Of a stretch of DNA of 64,000 nt, positions 1-9,921 are shown in pieces; positions within the stretch are counted from its first letter, which is position 1, and each line of letters starts with the position of its first letter. A model generated the notes under the pieces. It did not search any database. It was not told the DNA's origin and was given only the letters and a program-made list of their open reading frames with translations. Position numbers and translations under genes: made by a program. Origin of the DNA: Solidesulfovibrio sp. (GTDB lineage Bacteria > Desulfobacterota > Desulfovibrionia > Desulfovibrionales > Desulfovibrionaceae); assembly GCF_029978005.1 (NCBI RefSeq), contig NZ_JARKOZ010000123.1, positions 3,210 through 67,209 on the forward strand, given 5' to 3'.

Positions 1-129
1 CACGCACCATGGGATTACAACGTCTTCGCACAGTTACTAGAGCCAGGCTTGAACGAGCTTGGGAGACGAGGTGATCGATACCTATTTTGTGATTTATATC
101 GACAAGATATATTGTAAAAGTAAGTATTT

Positions 130-306
130 TAATTGGATTCAAGTCAATCGTACAGCAGAAATTTGTTGCAATTTTTCCAAGTAAGACTTTGGTCGCAGAA
201 GGAATTGCTTGAGCAGCTATTCTCGACGCACGATAAGCTCGATGAAGATTTGAAGGCCGAATTTACGTTGAAGTGGATATGGACTGTTACTCCTCAAGAT
301 CAATAA
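130..306 (+). pseudogene. Decayed C-terminal remnant of an Mrr-like restriction endonuclease
   Basis: Manual translation gives GFKSIVQQKF, then a frameshift, then QFFQVRLWSQKELLEQLFSTHDKLDEDLKAEFTLKWIWTV* (stop 304-306). This resembles C-termini of Mrr-family proteins as I recall them. Not database-confirmed. Confidence 0.4.
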
Positions 307-382
307 TGATGCTCTCGGAGTTCAATACTGAGAAGTTTGTGGAGGTTCTGCGAACTATTTTTTTAGATTTTCCCGTAAAGAG

Positions 383-614
383 CGCTGCAATCTGGACAAC
401 CCCTGGATAGCCTGGAATCCCCTGGGCACTGTTATTTTTGTTGGGGAGATGCTCTCTTTTTTTAAAAAAGTTCAATAAAATTAGGTGAATAAGACTTCCC
501 TGGCGGCTGCACCTGGAGGATGCTGTGCAGTTGATGAGTCGTCGTGGGGCGAGGCAGGGCAGGGGCCCTGGCCTTTTCCCCTGGGCCGACGCTGCAATAT
601 GGATAACCCCTGGA
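383..614 (+). repeat. 25-bp imperfect direct repeat pair (383-407 and 590-614)
   Basis: cgctgcaatCtggaCaacccctgga versus cgctgcaatAtggaTaacccctgga, 23/25 identical. Confidence 0.9.
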
Positions 615-713
615 GAACCGTTCCCCTTCGTCGCCAGGCAGGGTATGTCCGGGGGGGTTATCCGATCATCTTAAAAATATTAGTAAATTCAGATGGATGC
701 TGGGTTAAGAATG

Positions 714-760
714 GCCTTCTAAGCAGACGGCCGCAGGTTCGAATCCTGCCGGGCGCACCA
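714..760 (+). mobile_element. attR-like 3' fragment of tRNA-Arg(TCT); not an intact tRNA
   Basis: Anticodon loop CTTCTAA (716-722), T-arm GCAGG-TTCGAAT-CCTGC, acceptor 3' strand CGGGCGC and ACCA end at 760. There is no 5' acceptor strand or D-arm, and the 5' anticodon-stem strand (ATGGC) does not pair fully with GCAGA. Confidence 0.85.
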
Positions 761-772
761 AAAAATAAAATC

Positions 773-806
773 AAGGGGTTAGGTCGCATTGGGCCTGACC
801 CCTTTT
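773..806 (+). terminator. Rho-independent terminator-like hairpin after the tRNA fragment
   Basis: aaggggttaggtc-gcattg-ggcctgacccctt followed by T residues. Confidence 0.65.
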
Positions 807-840
807 AGCATGTGGATAACCGGGTGGGTAACTTGAAGTA

Positions 841-966
841 AGGCGGTCGAGCTGCCTGCTTCATCTTTCAGTCCTGCTTGATGCCGCAAGCCGCTAGCCT
901 AAGCATATCGCGGCCCCATCGGGCGTTTGCCCGGTGCATAGCCTCCATGAGGCGTTCTGCTTTTGA
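841..966 (-). pseudogene. umuC: C-terminal remnant of umuC (Y-family polymerase, DUF4113-like tail)
   Basis: Minus strand translates KAERLMEAMHRANARWGRDMLRLAACGIKQD*KMKQAARPP, resembling the UmuC tail (LM..D..N.R.GR...R.AA.G....W.M.Q). The conserved Trp is replaced by TGA. Confidence 0.5.
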
Positions 967-1151
967 CGTGGCGGCGTTCCTCGGGGCATCCCATTCAAGA
1001 AGGCGGCTCCCCGGTTCAGTCGGTGCCGATCATGCTGTCATAGCCGTGGCGTCATTATATGCCGGGACACGGCTGGGGCACACCTCATTGCAGAGCCCGC
1101 GCCAGCGGACCGGGCCTCCCGCCGGCCATGAAGCAGCAGGCTCGTCATGTC

Positions 1152-1448
1152 CTATTTTCTGGACAGCAGCCAACCGAACAGCAGGCCGGCGAGGCAGGCC
1201 CCGCCCATGGCGTAGTATGGTCTCTCGCGGATAACCGCGTCCGTTGCCCGGACTTTTTCAAGAAATCGGCCTTCAGCCCGGCTGACGGCATCCTTTGCGG
1301 ACTCCAGTCGGCTGGCCAGGGCATCCCGGGCGGACTTGATCCGGGACTCCTGCTCCCCGGCGGTCGCATCGACCAGGGCCTGAGCCTGGTCCAGAAGGTG
1401 ATGGATTTCTCTGGCCGCGGTCTTCGAAACATCTTGAACAAGAGCCAT
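1152..1448 (-). CDS. DUF883 (ElaB/YqjD-like) membrane-anchored protein
   Basis: 98 aa helical N-terminus followed by ...IRERPYYAMGGACLAGLLFGWLLSRK, the typical DUF883 C-terminal TM motif. Confidence 0.8.
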   Translation of the reverse strand: MALVQDVSKTAAREIHHLLDQAQALVDATAGEQESRIKSARDALASRLESAKDAVSRAEGRFLEKVRATDAVIRERPYYAMGGACLAGLLFGWLLSRK

Positions 1449-2128
1449 AAGATACTACTCCCCTTGCATCGAGTTGCAAAGAAAATCCCTTCAAGATCGA
1501 CTGCAAAATTGAGGGATTTTTCAAACAGTATCACTGGAGAATCCTTTGTGTCGAGGGTCTTCGCCATATTTTGTGCATATCAACAAATATAGATTCCAAC
1601 GTGCTGCTATTGTTTGGTAAGTTTATTGAGGCGGTGTGGGCTTGTCGATTGTGCAATGCTTGGCTGGTTTTTAGGCACGGCATTGACAAATGGACCTAAC
1701 TCCTCGGTGAGTCAGGAGATCGACTGAGCGGCAAGGCGTCTCCGGGTTTGGCGACGCGGATGAGCGCCTTGCAGACCTCCCGCGGCATGGGGAAGCCTCC
1801 CCCGGGAAGGAAGACCGGTGACGCAAAGACGAGTCGGGGCATCCCAAGCCAACCGGACGATTCTCCTGCCCTGCGCGGCCCCGCCCTTCGGGTGGGGGAG
1901 CCCCGGGTTCATCCCGGGCCTTGCCAGCCAATGCGAATCCCTACGAATCATGCTTCGCCCAGACTCTTTGGGATTAACTTGCCGACAAACGGCTTTTCTG
2001 CTGGCAAAATTTCAAAGGATGAGTATAACAGTTTTTGTATGGATTTCTGTTTCTCCATGCAATTGCGCAAAACAAGTATGTTTTCTGCAGTGCCATACCC
2101 AACCTTGCAGCAAGCATAGACTGTGACC

Positions 2129-3640
2129 ATGAAGAATCATCCTGAGAATGATGCCGAAAGATTGAGGGCCGTCATCGAGACTGTTGGCAGTATTATGAAC
2201 TCGATATCTGGCCCCCTGGCGCTCCTGAATTCCGATCTCGTCATCGTCAAAGCCAACGTATCGTTTTGTCATACGTTTGGCCTGCCGCAGAACAAGGCAG
2301 AAGGAACATCAATACTCGATTTTGGCCAGAGTGATGGCGAACGCAAGCGACTCAAGGAGTTATTGGATCGTGTCCTGAAAGGAAAAGCACAATTTCAGTC
2401 CATTGATGTTCCTTATTATGCCAAAGGATCTGGTCATAAAATCATCCATTTGAGTGCAAATGTCGTTCACAAAACAGAAAACTGTTTGCATCTCATCATT
2501 GTTTCTGTGGATGATTTGACGTATATAGAGCAACTTAAAGAAGACAGCCTGACAATATCCAAAAAAATTTGCTTGAGCGTTGCTGCATCACAGGAAGAAT
2601 CAGAGAAAAGACAAGCTTCTTCCGATGCGGCGTTTGCAGAAATTAAAAAGCTTAAGGATCAGCTCGAAGCCGAGCGAGCCTATTTGCAGGACGAGATCAA
2701 ACTGGAATACAATCATGACGATATTGTCGGCAAAAGCGATGCCGTCAAAAGTGTCTTCTATAAGGTCGAAATGATCGCCGGGACAGACACCAACGTCCTG
2801 GTCCTGGGCGAAACAGGCACGGGCAAGGAACTGGTGGCCCGGGCCATTCACAGCCTGAGCCTGCGCAAGGACCGCGCCCTGGTCAAAATGAACTGCGCCG
2901 CCTTGCCTTCCAATCTGATTGAAAGTGAACTTTTCGGCCATGAAAAAGGCGCTTTCACTGGCGCGTATTCCAAGCGATTGGGCCGTTTCGAGGTGGCCAA
3001 CGGCGCCACCCTGTTCCTGGATGAAATCGGCGAACTGCCCCTGGAACTCCAGCCCAAGCTGCTTCGTGTAATACAAAACGGCGAGTTCGAACGACTCGGC
3101 AGTTCCAGCACCATCAAGGTGGATGTCAGGATCATTGCCGCCACCAATCGCGATCTCGAAGAGGAAGTGCGGAAAGGCCATTTTCGCGACGACCTTTGGT
3201 ACAGACTCAATATCTTCCCCATCACGGTGCCCCCGCTTCGCGAACGCACCGAAGACATACCACTTCTTGTGGACTACTTTGTCAAAAAAATTGCCAAACG
3301 GCTTGGCAAATCAATCGAATTCATACCACTCAATGTCATGGACGCCTTGCAGAACTATCACTGGCCAGGAAACATCCGTGAACTGGAAAATGTCCTTGAG
3401 CGCGGCGTCATCAATTCTTCAGGACCGAAACTGCGACTCATTGATGAGCTCAAGAAACCCTTTAAATCCCTGCCCAGCAACCAGAGGACCCTGGAAGCGG
3501 TCGAACGGGAATACATACTGCTGGTGCTTGCCCAGACCAACTGGAAAGTCGGCGGCAAGGACAGCGCCGCCGAAATACTTGGACTCGACAGAAGCACCTT
3601 GCGCGCCCGTATGCGCAAGCTCAATATCCATAAGCCATGA
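2129..3640 (+). CDS. PAS-domain sigma54-dependent transcriptional activator (FhlA/NtrC-type bEBP)
   Basis: N-terminal PAS-like region, Walker A GETGTGKE, ESELFGHEKGAFTGA, LFLDEIGE, C-terminal Fis-type HTH AAEILGLDRSTLRARM. Confidence 0.93.
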   Translation: MKNHPENDAERLRAVIETVGSIMNSISGPLALLNSDLVIVKANVSFCHTFGLPQNKAEGTSILDFGQSDGERKRLKELLDRVLKGKAQFQSIDVPYYAKGSGHKIIHLSANVVHKTENCLHLIIVSVDDLTYIEQLKEDSLTISKKICLSVAASQEESEKRQASSDAAFAEIKKLKDQLEAERAYLQDEIKLEYNHDDIVGKSDAVKSVFYKVEMIAGTDTNVLVLGETGTGKELVARAIHSLSLRKDRALVKMNCAALPSNLIESELFGHEKGAFTGAYSKRLGRFEVANGATLFLDEIGELPLELQPKLLRVIQNGEFERLGSSSTIKVDVRIIAATNRDLEEEVRKGHFRDDLWYRLNIFPITVPPLRERTEDIPLLVDYFVKKIAKRLGKSIEFIPLNVMDALQNYHWPGNIRELENVLERGVINSSGPKLRLIDELKKPFKSLPSNQRTLEAVEREYILLVLAQTNWKVGGKDSAAEILGLDRSTLRARMRKLNIHKP

Positions 3641-3899
3641 CGCCGCATCCTCCCGTCCTTCCGGTTCCTTGCCCTGGCCCGTGCCGACGCGCGCACGTGA
3701 TGGTTGCAACGTCGCCTGTCGCGGCGTCGCCCTGTCTTGGGGCCCCCACCCGCAGGCAGCGCCACCTTGCCGTTGGGGCACACCATGACACGCCCCCCTG
3801 GCCCGCCCGACGCTGATCCTGCCGGACCGTCGGCATTTGGCGCAAAGGCGGCAAAGATCCTGCGCGTTCGGCGGGCCATCAGAAGAAAGGACAAAGACA

Positions 3900-5509
3900 A
3901 TGAAAAGCGCAGCAAACCTTATGAAGCGCATCCGTTCGATGCCGCTCCGCGGGCTTGCCGGGGCGCTGGCCGCAGCCGTCTGCCTGACCGGGGCCTTTTT
4001 CCACACTCCGGCCGCCCTGGCCGCCACAACGCCCTTCACCCTGGAAAATGTGGAGCAGGCCGCCAGGGAACTGGCCGCGGTTCCTTTCCAGGCGCCGCCG
4101 CCCATTCCGGAAGCCCTGCGCAACCTCGATTATGACGCCTGGCGGAAAATCCGCTTCAGGCCCGACCACGCCTTCTGGGCCAAAAGCGCCTCGCCCTACC
4201 AGCTCCAGTTCTTTCATCCGGGCTTTCTCTACGACCGCACCGTCAAGCTGCATGTCGTCGACGGCAACACGGTCGTCTCCCTGCCCGTGACCAAGGACAT
4301 GTTCGATTACAGCCAGGTCAAGGAACTTCCGGAAAAGCTTCCGGCGGAAATCGGGGCTGCCGGCTTCCGCGTCCATACCGCCATCAATACCAAGGCCTAT
4401 CTCGACGAGTTCGTCGTCTTCCTGGGCGCCTCCTACTTCCGCGCCGTGGCCAAGGGTCAGGTCTACGGCCTGTCGGCCCGGGGACTGGCGATCAACACCG
4501 CCGAAGCCGTGGGCGAGGAGTTCCCCTGGTTCCGCGAATTCTGGATCGTCAAGCCGACCCCGGGCAACGCCGCCAAAGGCCTGACCGTCTACGCCCTCCT
4601 GGACAGCCCCAGCCTGGCCGGGGCCTTTGCCTTCACCATCATGCCCGGCCGGGAAACCGTCATGGACGTCGCCTCCCGGATCTACCTGCGGACTCCGGTC
4701 AAGAAGCTCGGCATCGCCCCCCTGACCAGCATGTTCCTGTATGGCGAAAATTCCCTGCCGAGCGCCGCATGGACTGGCGGCCCGAGGTGCATGATTTCGA
4801 CGGCCTGCTGCTCCATTTCGCAAGCGGCGAATGGCTCTGACGACCGGCCCAGAATCCCGCCAATCTCCTGGTCGGCAGTTTTGAAGCGGATGCCGTCAAA
4901 GGCTTCGGGCTGCTCCATCGCGACACGGATTTCAACAGCTACCAGGATACCGAGGCCCGCTACGAGAAGCGCCCGAGCCTTTGGATCGAGCCGCGCGGCA
5001 ACTGGGGAGCGGGGCGGGTGGAGATGGTGCTGATCCCGTCCGAGCAGGAAATCCACGACAATGTCGTGGCCTATTTCAGCCCCAAGGAACAGGCTGCGCC
5101 AGGGACAGCCATGCGTTTTGACTACCGCATGCGCTGGCTGGACGCCCCCGGCGGACTGCCGCCCGGGGTGCGGACCACAGCCACCCGGTCCTCCCAGCCC
5201 GACAAGAACAGCCGCCAGTTTGTCATTGACTTCGCGGGCGGCAAGCTGCCCGCCCTCAAGGCGGACGCCAAGGCCGAAGCGGTCGTCAGCGTCGGCCCGG
5301 GAGCCACGCTCCTTGAGCAGCAGTGTTTCCGCAATCCCGTCACCGGCGGCTTTCGCTTGACATTTAAAATCGGTTTCGACGGCGGCTCCACCTTGCAAGG
5401 CATCCTGCCGGAAAAACGCGGTCCCATCGAGCTGCGGGCGTTTTTGAAGTTCGAAGACAAAAGCGTCAGCGAGACCTGGAGCTACGCCGTAACGCCGGGG
5501 AAATCATGA
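3900..5509 (+). pseudogene. opgG: Periplasmic glucan biosynthesis protein G (OpgG/MdoG), frameshifted with a premature stop
   Basis: Motifs FLGASYFRAV, YGLSARGLA, EFPWFREFWI, PLTSMFLYGE. Frameshift at ~4760, then DWRPEVHDFDGLL...GEWL*RP (TGA 4838-4840), continuing through RPSLWIEP and EIHDNVVA to SETWSY. Confidence 0.9.
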
Positions 5510-7968
5510 GCCGGGGCGCGATTCCCCCGCCCGACCAGGCAAAGCCCTGGCTCGACGGACTGGGGGCGCGGCTGGTCGCCTATGCGCGCCGGCTCCCCCT
5601 GTCCGAGGCGGCCCGGCTGGAGACGGCCCTGGACACCCTGGGCAGGCTCCCGGTCGGACCCGGCGATCCCGACACGGCGATCCGGCTGGCCATGACCGAT
5701 CTGATGACGCGCCTTGACGCCCCGCGTCCCGATCCCGAACTGCGTCCCACGCCGGTCCTTTTGCGTACGCCCATGGCCCCGGAAGCCATGGGGCTGCGGG
5801 TCTGGCGCAAGGCCGTGGCCAAGGCCGTGGGCAAGCCGCCTCCTCGGGAGGGACATGCCCCCAAAAGCTCCACGGCGCCCCGCGCAGCTTCCAACCAGGC
5901 CTGGAGCGCCGTCGCCGGCCGTCGCCGCGTCGTGCTCGCCTTTCTCGTTTTCCTGCCGACCGCGTTCGCGGTTCTGCGCATGGCCTCGGTCCTGCCCCAC
6001 GAAGGCGGCACGGTGCTGGAAAAAATGCTGCTGGCGGTCTTCGCCATGCTCTTTGCCTGGATTTCCGTCGGGTTCTGGACGGCCATGGCCGGCTTCGCCA
6101 CCCTGGTCAAACGCTTCGACCGCTTTGCCGTCACCCGGCCCCGGCCATCGGATATGCCGCCCCGGCCGGATGCGCGCACGGCCATCGTGTTCCCGGTCTA
6201 CGGCGAGGACATGGACCGGGTCACGGCCGGCATCGAAGCCGTCTACCGCTCCCTCGAGCGCGACGCCGACATCGGCCGGTACGATTTCTTCATCTTGAGC
6301 GACACCCGTGACCCGGAAGCCTGGGCCGAGGAGGAAGTGGCTTGGGCCGCACTGCGGGAGCGTCTGGACGCCCCGGAGCGCGTCTTCTACCGCCGTCGCC
6401 GGGTCAACACCAAGATGAAAAGCGGCAACATCGCGGACTTCTGCCGCCGCTTCGGCGCGCACTACATCTACATGCTGGTCATGGACGCCGACAGCGTCAT
6501 GAGCGGCGAAACCATCGCGCGCATGGTGGCCGTCATGGAAGCCCGGCGGGAAGTGGGCATCCTGCAGTCAGTCCCGGCCATTGTCGGGCGCGAGACCTTT
6601 CTGGCCAGACTGCAGCAGTTCGCCAGCCACCTCTACGGGCCCATGTTCTCGGCGGGCCTGGGCTTTTGGCTCCTGGGCGACGCCCAATTCTGGGGCCACA
6701 ACGCGCTCATTCGCATCCGTCCCTTCATGCGCCACTGCGCCCTGCCCCGGCTGTCCGGCAAGCCGCCCCTTGGCGGCGAAATATCCAGCCACGACTTCGT
6801 CGAGACGGCGCTTATGCGCCGGGCCGGCTGGAGCGTCTGGCTGGCCTATGATCTGCCCGGGAGCTACGAGGAAGCGCCGCCCAACCTGCTGGCCGAACTG
6901 GCCCGGGACCGGCGGTGGTGCAAGGGCAACATGCAGCATCTGCGGCTGGTCTTCACCCGCGGCTTCATTCCGGTCCACCGGGCCTTGTTCCTAAACGGCG
7001 TCATGGCCTATGGTTCGGCCCTGTTGTGGTTCCTTTTCCTGGCCGTCTCCACGGCCGAGGCCATCATCGAGTCCCTGACGCCGCCCACCTATTTTCCGCC
7101 AACGCGCACGCTTTTTCCCGACTGGCCGATCTGGGAGCCGTGGTGGGCCTTGAGCCTGCTGGCCACCACCGGCGTGCTGCTTTTCCTGCCAAAGGCGTTT
7201 GCCGCCCTGCTCGTCCTGTTCAAGGGCCGTCTCCGGTTGTTCGGCGGCTTCTGGCGACTGCTTGGCAGCATGGCCATCGAGGTGTTCGTTTCCTCGCTCC
7301 TGGCTCCCATCCGGATGCTTTTCCACAGCAAGTTCGTCAGCATCACTCTGCTTGGCCGGGAGACCACCTGGGGCCGGCAGGCGCGCGACGATCGCTCGAC
7401 GGCCTGGTCCGACGCCATCCGCTTCCATCTCGGCGGCACGCTTTTGGCCGCGCTGTGGGCCGGCACGCTCTTCCTGTACAACCGGGAATTCTTCTGGTGG
7501 GTGTGCCCCGTTTTCGGGCCGCTGCTCCTGGCCGTTCCCCTGTCCGTGGTCACGAGCCTGCCAAGCCTTGGCCGGTGGCTCAAACGCCTCGGGCTGCTGC
7601 TTATTCCCGAAGAAGTGGACCCGCCGCGCGAACTGGCGGAGCTGGCGGCCTTTCATGAGCGAAACGCCCTGGCTGCCAGGCCCCTGGGCATTCCCCGGGA
7701 ACGCGGCGTGGCCCTGGCCGTGGTGGACCCGGCCGCCTGCGGCAGGCGTCTGGCCCTGCTTGGCCGACCGTCCCGGACGGCGCGCGTTGACGCCACGGTG
7801 CGCCAGGCGTTGGTGGACAAGGCCCTGGACCTTGGCCCGGCCGGCCTCACCCGAGCGGAAAAATCGGCCCTGCTCGAGGATCCCGCCGCCTTGACGGCCG
7901 TCCACCGCGCGCTGTGGCGGCTTCCCGAGCATGCCTTGCGGGAGCGGTGGTTTGCGAGTTGGCGCTAA
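5506..7968 (+). CDS. opgH: Glucans biosynthesis glucosyltransferase H (GT2)
   Basis: 820 aa; KSGNIADFCRRFG, MDADSVM, QFWGHNA, SHDFVE, RDRRWCKGN motifs; overlaps the opgG stop. Confidence 0.95.
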   Translation: MSRGAIPPPDQAKPWLDGLGARLVAYARRLPLSEAARLETALDTLGRLPVGPGDPDTAIRLAMTDLMTRLDAPRPDPELRPTPVLLRTPMAPEAMGLRVWRKAVAKAVGKPPPREGHAPKSSTAPRAASNQAWSAVAGRRRVVLAFLVFLPTAFAVLRMASVLPHEGGTVLEKMLLAVFAMLFAWISVGFWTAMAGFATLVKRFDRFAVTRPRPSDMPPRPDARTAIVFPVYGEDMDRVTAGIEAVYRSLERDADIGRYDFFILSDTRDPEAWAEEEVAWAALRERLDAPERVFYRRRRVNTKMKSGNIADFCRRFGAHYIYMLVMDADSVMSGETIARMVAVMEARREVGILQSVPAIVGRETFLARLQQFASHLYGPMFSAGLGFWLLGDAQFWGHNALIRIRPFMRHCALPRLSGKPPLGGEISSHDFVETALMRRAGWSVWLAYDLPGSYEEAPPNLLAELARDRRWCKGNMQHLRLVFTRGFIPVHRALFLNGVMAYGSALLWFLFLAVSTAEAIIESLTPPTYFPPTRTLFPDWPIWEPWWALSLLATTGVLLFLPKAFAALLVLFKGRLRLFGGFWRLLGSMAIEVFVSSLLAPIRMLFHSKFVSITLLGRETTWGRQARDDRSTAWSDAIRFHLGGTLLAALWAGTLFLYNREFFWWVCPVFGPLLLAVPLSVVTSLPSLGRWLKRLGLLLIPEEVDPPRELAELAAFHERNALAARPLGIPRERGVALAVVDPAACGRRLALLGRPSRTARVDATVRQALVDKALDLGPAGLTRAEKSALLEDPAALTAVHRALWRLPEHALRERWFASWR

Positions 7969-8358
7969 GTCTCTTGCCCGGCTCCTCCGGCAGCACCGCC
8001 CCAAACGATCGCCAAGAGCGGCGACGCCCTGGCTGTTTGACGCCTTCTCCCTCCCTTGACCTGACGGCGCAAGCCCGGTCCGGCCGGACAGGTTCTTCCT
8101 GCGCCGTTTGCTTCCTCTTGCCCGAAGTGCGGTTGAACAAGCGCTGACATCCCGCCGCGCCGGTCCGTACATGGCCTTTGCCTCGCAGCGGCATCCGGCC
8201 CCGGATCACGAGAGCCGCCTTGTCGGGTTCATCCGGCGTTCGCCCGCAGCAGGTCTTCGGAGTCACGGACGGGATGGAAGGCCAGCCCGACTGCGCCATT
8301 CTCCTTTTCGTCGAGGCCTCAGTGTCCCCTGCCACTGGACGCGCCTTTATATGCGTCG

Positions 8359-8393
8359 GCGGTCATATATGACCTTTGGTCAAATATGGCCGC
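8359..8393. promoter_or_regulatory. 35-bp imperfect palindrome, copy 1 (candidate sigma54 enhancer/UAS)
   Basis: GCGGTCATATATGACC-TTT-GGTCAAATATGGCCGC; same arms and 3-nt spacer as the copy at 16424-16458. Confidence 0.6.
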
Positions 8394-8487
8394 ATTCCCG
8401 TGGCAGACCGTGGAGAAGCTCGGCAAGTTGATCTTAATTGTCTCGACAAAACAGGGGGCTGTGCATTTATGAAAATAAAAAAGGACG

Positions 8488-8503
8488 TGGCACGCTAATT
8501 GTA
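8488..8503 (+). promoter_or_regulatory. sigma54 -24/-12 promoter candidate upstream of the BON gene
   Basis: TGGCACG-CTAA-TTGTA versus consensus TGGCACG-N4-TTGC(A/T). Confidence 0.65.
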
Positions 8504-8569
8504 TTGAGTTTATCGAAAGCAGCGAATGGTGCTGTTGAAGAGTTGCACGGCTTCTGGGGATGCTGGCGC

Positions 8570-9630
8570 ATGAAACATAAGACTTGCACTGGCAGTTTGG
8601 TAGTGGCCGCAATAATTGTTGCCATGTCGAGTGGCAGATCGTTTGCCTCAGGCGAGGATGATCATATTGTTGCAATGGCTAAGCAGTCATTCGTCTTTGA
8701 AACATATCTTGGGAACGACGGCATTACTGTGACTGCAAACGACGGGGTGGCACCCTGACCGGGACCGTCTCCGATGAGTCCGACAAGACGCTGGCCAAGG
8801 AAATCGTGATTGGCCTGCCCGGAGTCAAAAGCGTCGACAACCAATTGGCGCTGCGCGGAGATGGCCAAGACTCTTATTCGGAAGCATGGCTCATTACGAA
8901 AGTAAAAGCAACACTGCTGTATCATCGTAGCATCAACGACACAGCCACCGAGGTGTCCGCAGCCGATGGCGTAGTGTCTTTGTGTGTCAAAGCCACAAGC
9001 ACGGAGAAAAAGGATTTGACGACAGAATATGCCATGGATGTAGACGGATTCAAAAGAGTTCTCAATGAAATGGCCGTGAAAACGGCTCAGGAAATCCAAG
9101 ATAAGCAGATAAAGGGTGACAAACTGATCGGAGAAAAGACCATGGGCAGGAGATGGATGTTATGAACGGAGCGATCGACGACGCCTTCATCAGTGCCCTG
9201 GTCAAGACGACCCTGCTTTTGCACCGCTCGACCAACGCTCTCAACGCAACAGTGAATACGAAAGACGGCGTGGTCGCAGTGGAGGCAAGGTGCTCAATGC
9301 CGCGGAAAAAGATTTGGCGACGAAACTGGTGCGCGACGTCCGCGGCGTCAGGAGGGTGGTGAACAATATGACCGTCGCCGGGAGGACCAAGACGGCCGAG
9401 ATCGGCAGCAGCGGCAACTCGTCCGATGAGGCGGCCATCGCCCCAACGTCATGGCAGGGAGCATTGGCGGCCCGGCGCGCAAAGTGTCCCGGTCACCCTC
9501 CGGTTGCCAAGGAGCAGTCGTGCGACCTGGCTGCATCGTGGGCTCAAGCTTGGCCGTGAAGCAAGCAGTGAATGAGGCGGCCGCAGTGAAAGGTGTCAAG
9601 TCGGTAACAAACAATCTGATGACGAGATAG
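8570..9630 (+). pseudogene. Multi-BON-domain (OsmY-like) protein, several frameshifts
   Basis: Signal-like N-terminus, then repeated BON motifs (ITVTANDGV..TLTGTV, LPGVKSVDNQL, WLITKVKATLL, DDAFISALVKTTLL, VRGVRRVVNNM, VKGVKSVTNNL) spread over different frames (shifts near 8750, 9150, 9290). Confidence 0.8.
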
Positions 9631-9665
9631 CGATTCAGCTATAACGGAAATACGGGGAAAACACC

Positions 9666-9824
9666 ATGTCAATAGGAACTATTCTTCTTATTGTCCTTAT
9701 CCTTGTTCTTCTTGGTATGATACCAGCATGGCCGCATAGCCGGTCGTGGGGTTATGGCCCAAGCGGGATCGTAGGCACAATAATAATTGTTCTTCTGATA
9801 TTGCTCTTGATGGGCAAGCTTTAG
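9666..9824 (+). CDS. DUF3309 family small membrane protein
   Basis: MSIGTILLIVLILVLLGMIPAWPHSRSWGYGPSGIVGTIIIVLLILLLMGKL (52 aa, below the ORF-track cutoff); typical PxWPHSRxWGYxPSG motif. Confidence 0.9.
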   Translation: MSIGTILLIVLILVLLGMIPAWPHSRSWGYGPSGIVGTIIIVLLILLLMGKL

Positions 9825-9921
9825 GCGTCCTCAGATGCGACAGCTTGGATTCGCAAGAATGCAGGCTGGTGTTTATAAATAATGGAACAGCTCAACCAAA
9901 ATACATTTCAGGAGCGTATTC

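Noticed and set aside
684-760. Intact tRNA-Arg gene
   Set aside because: No 5' acceptor strand (GCGCCCG) or D-arm; only the 3' half is present, so it is called an att fragment.
811-819. DnaA box TGTGGATAA as a replication origin
   Set aside because: Single box with no cluster or oriC context; better explained as part of the att-flanking motifs.
1673-1690. sigma54 promoter AGGCACGGCATTGAC
   Set aside because: The -24/-12 spacing is off by one base and the -12 GC is absent.
1800-1860. c-di-GMP-I (GEMM) riboswitch or SRP RNA, prompted by GACGCAAAG and CCGGGAAGGAAG
   Set aside because: The upstream GGCAAA/GNRA stem and downstream P3 pattern of GEMM are missing, and the SRP motif is incomplete. 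A covariance-model scan would be needed.
8000-8340. Possible small CDS or gene remnant after opgH
   Set aside because: No frame gave a recognisable motif or RBS.
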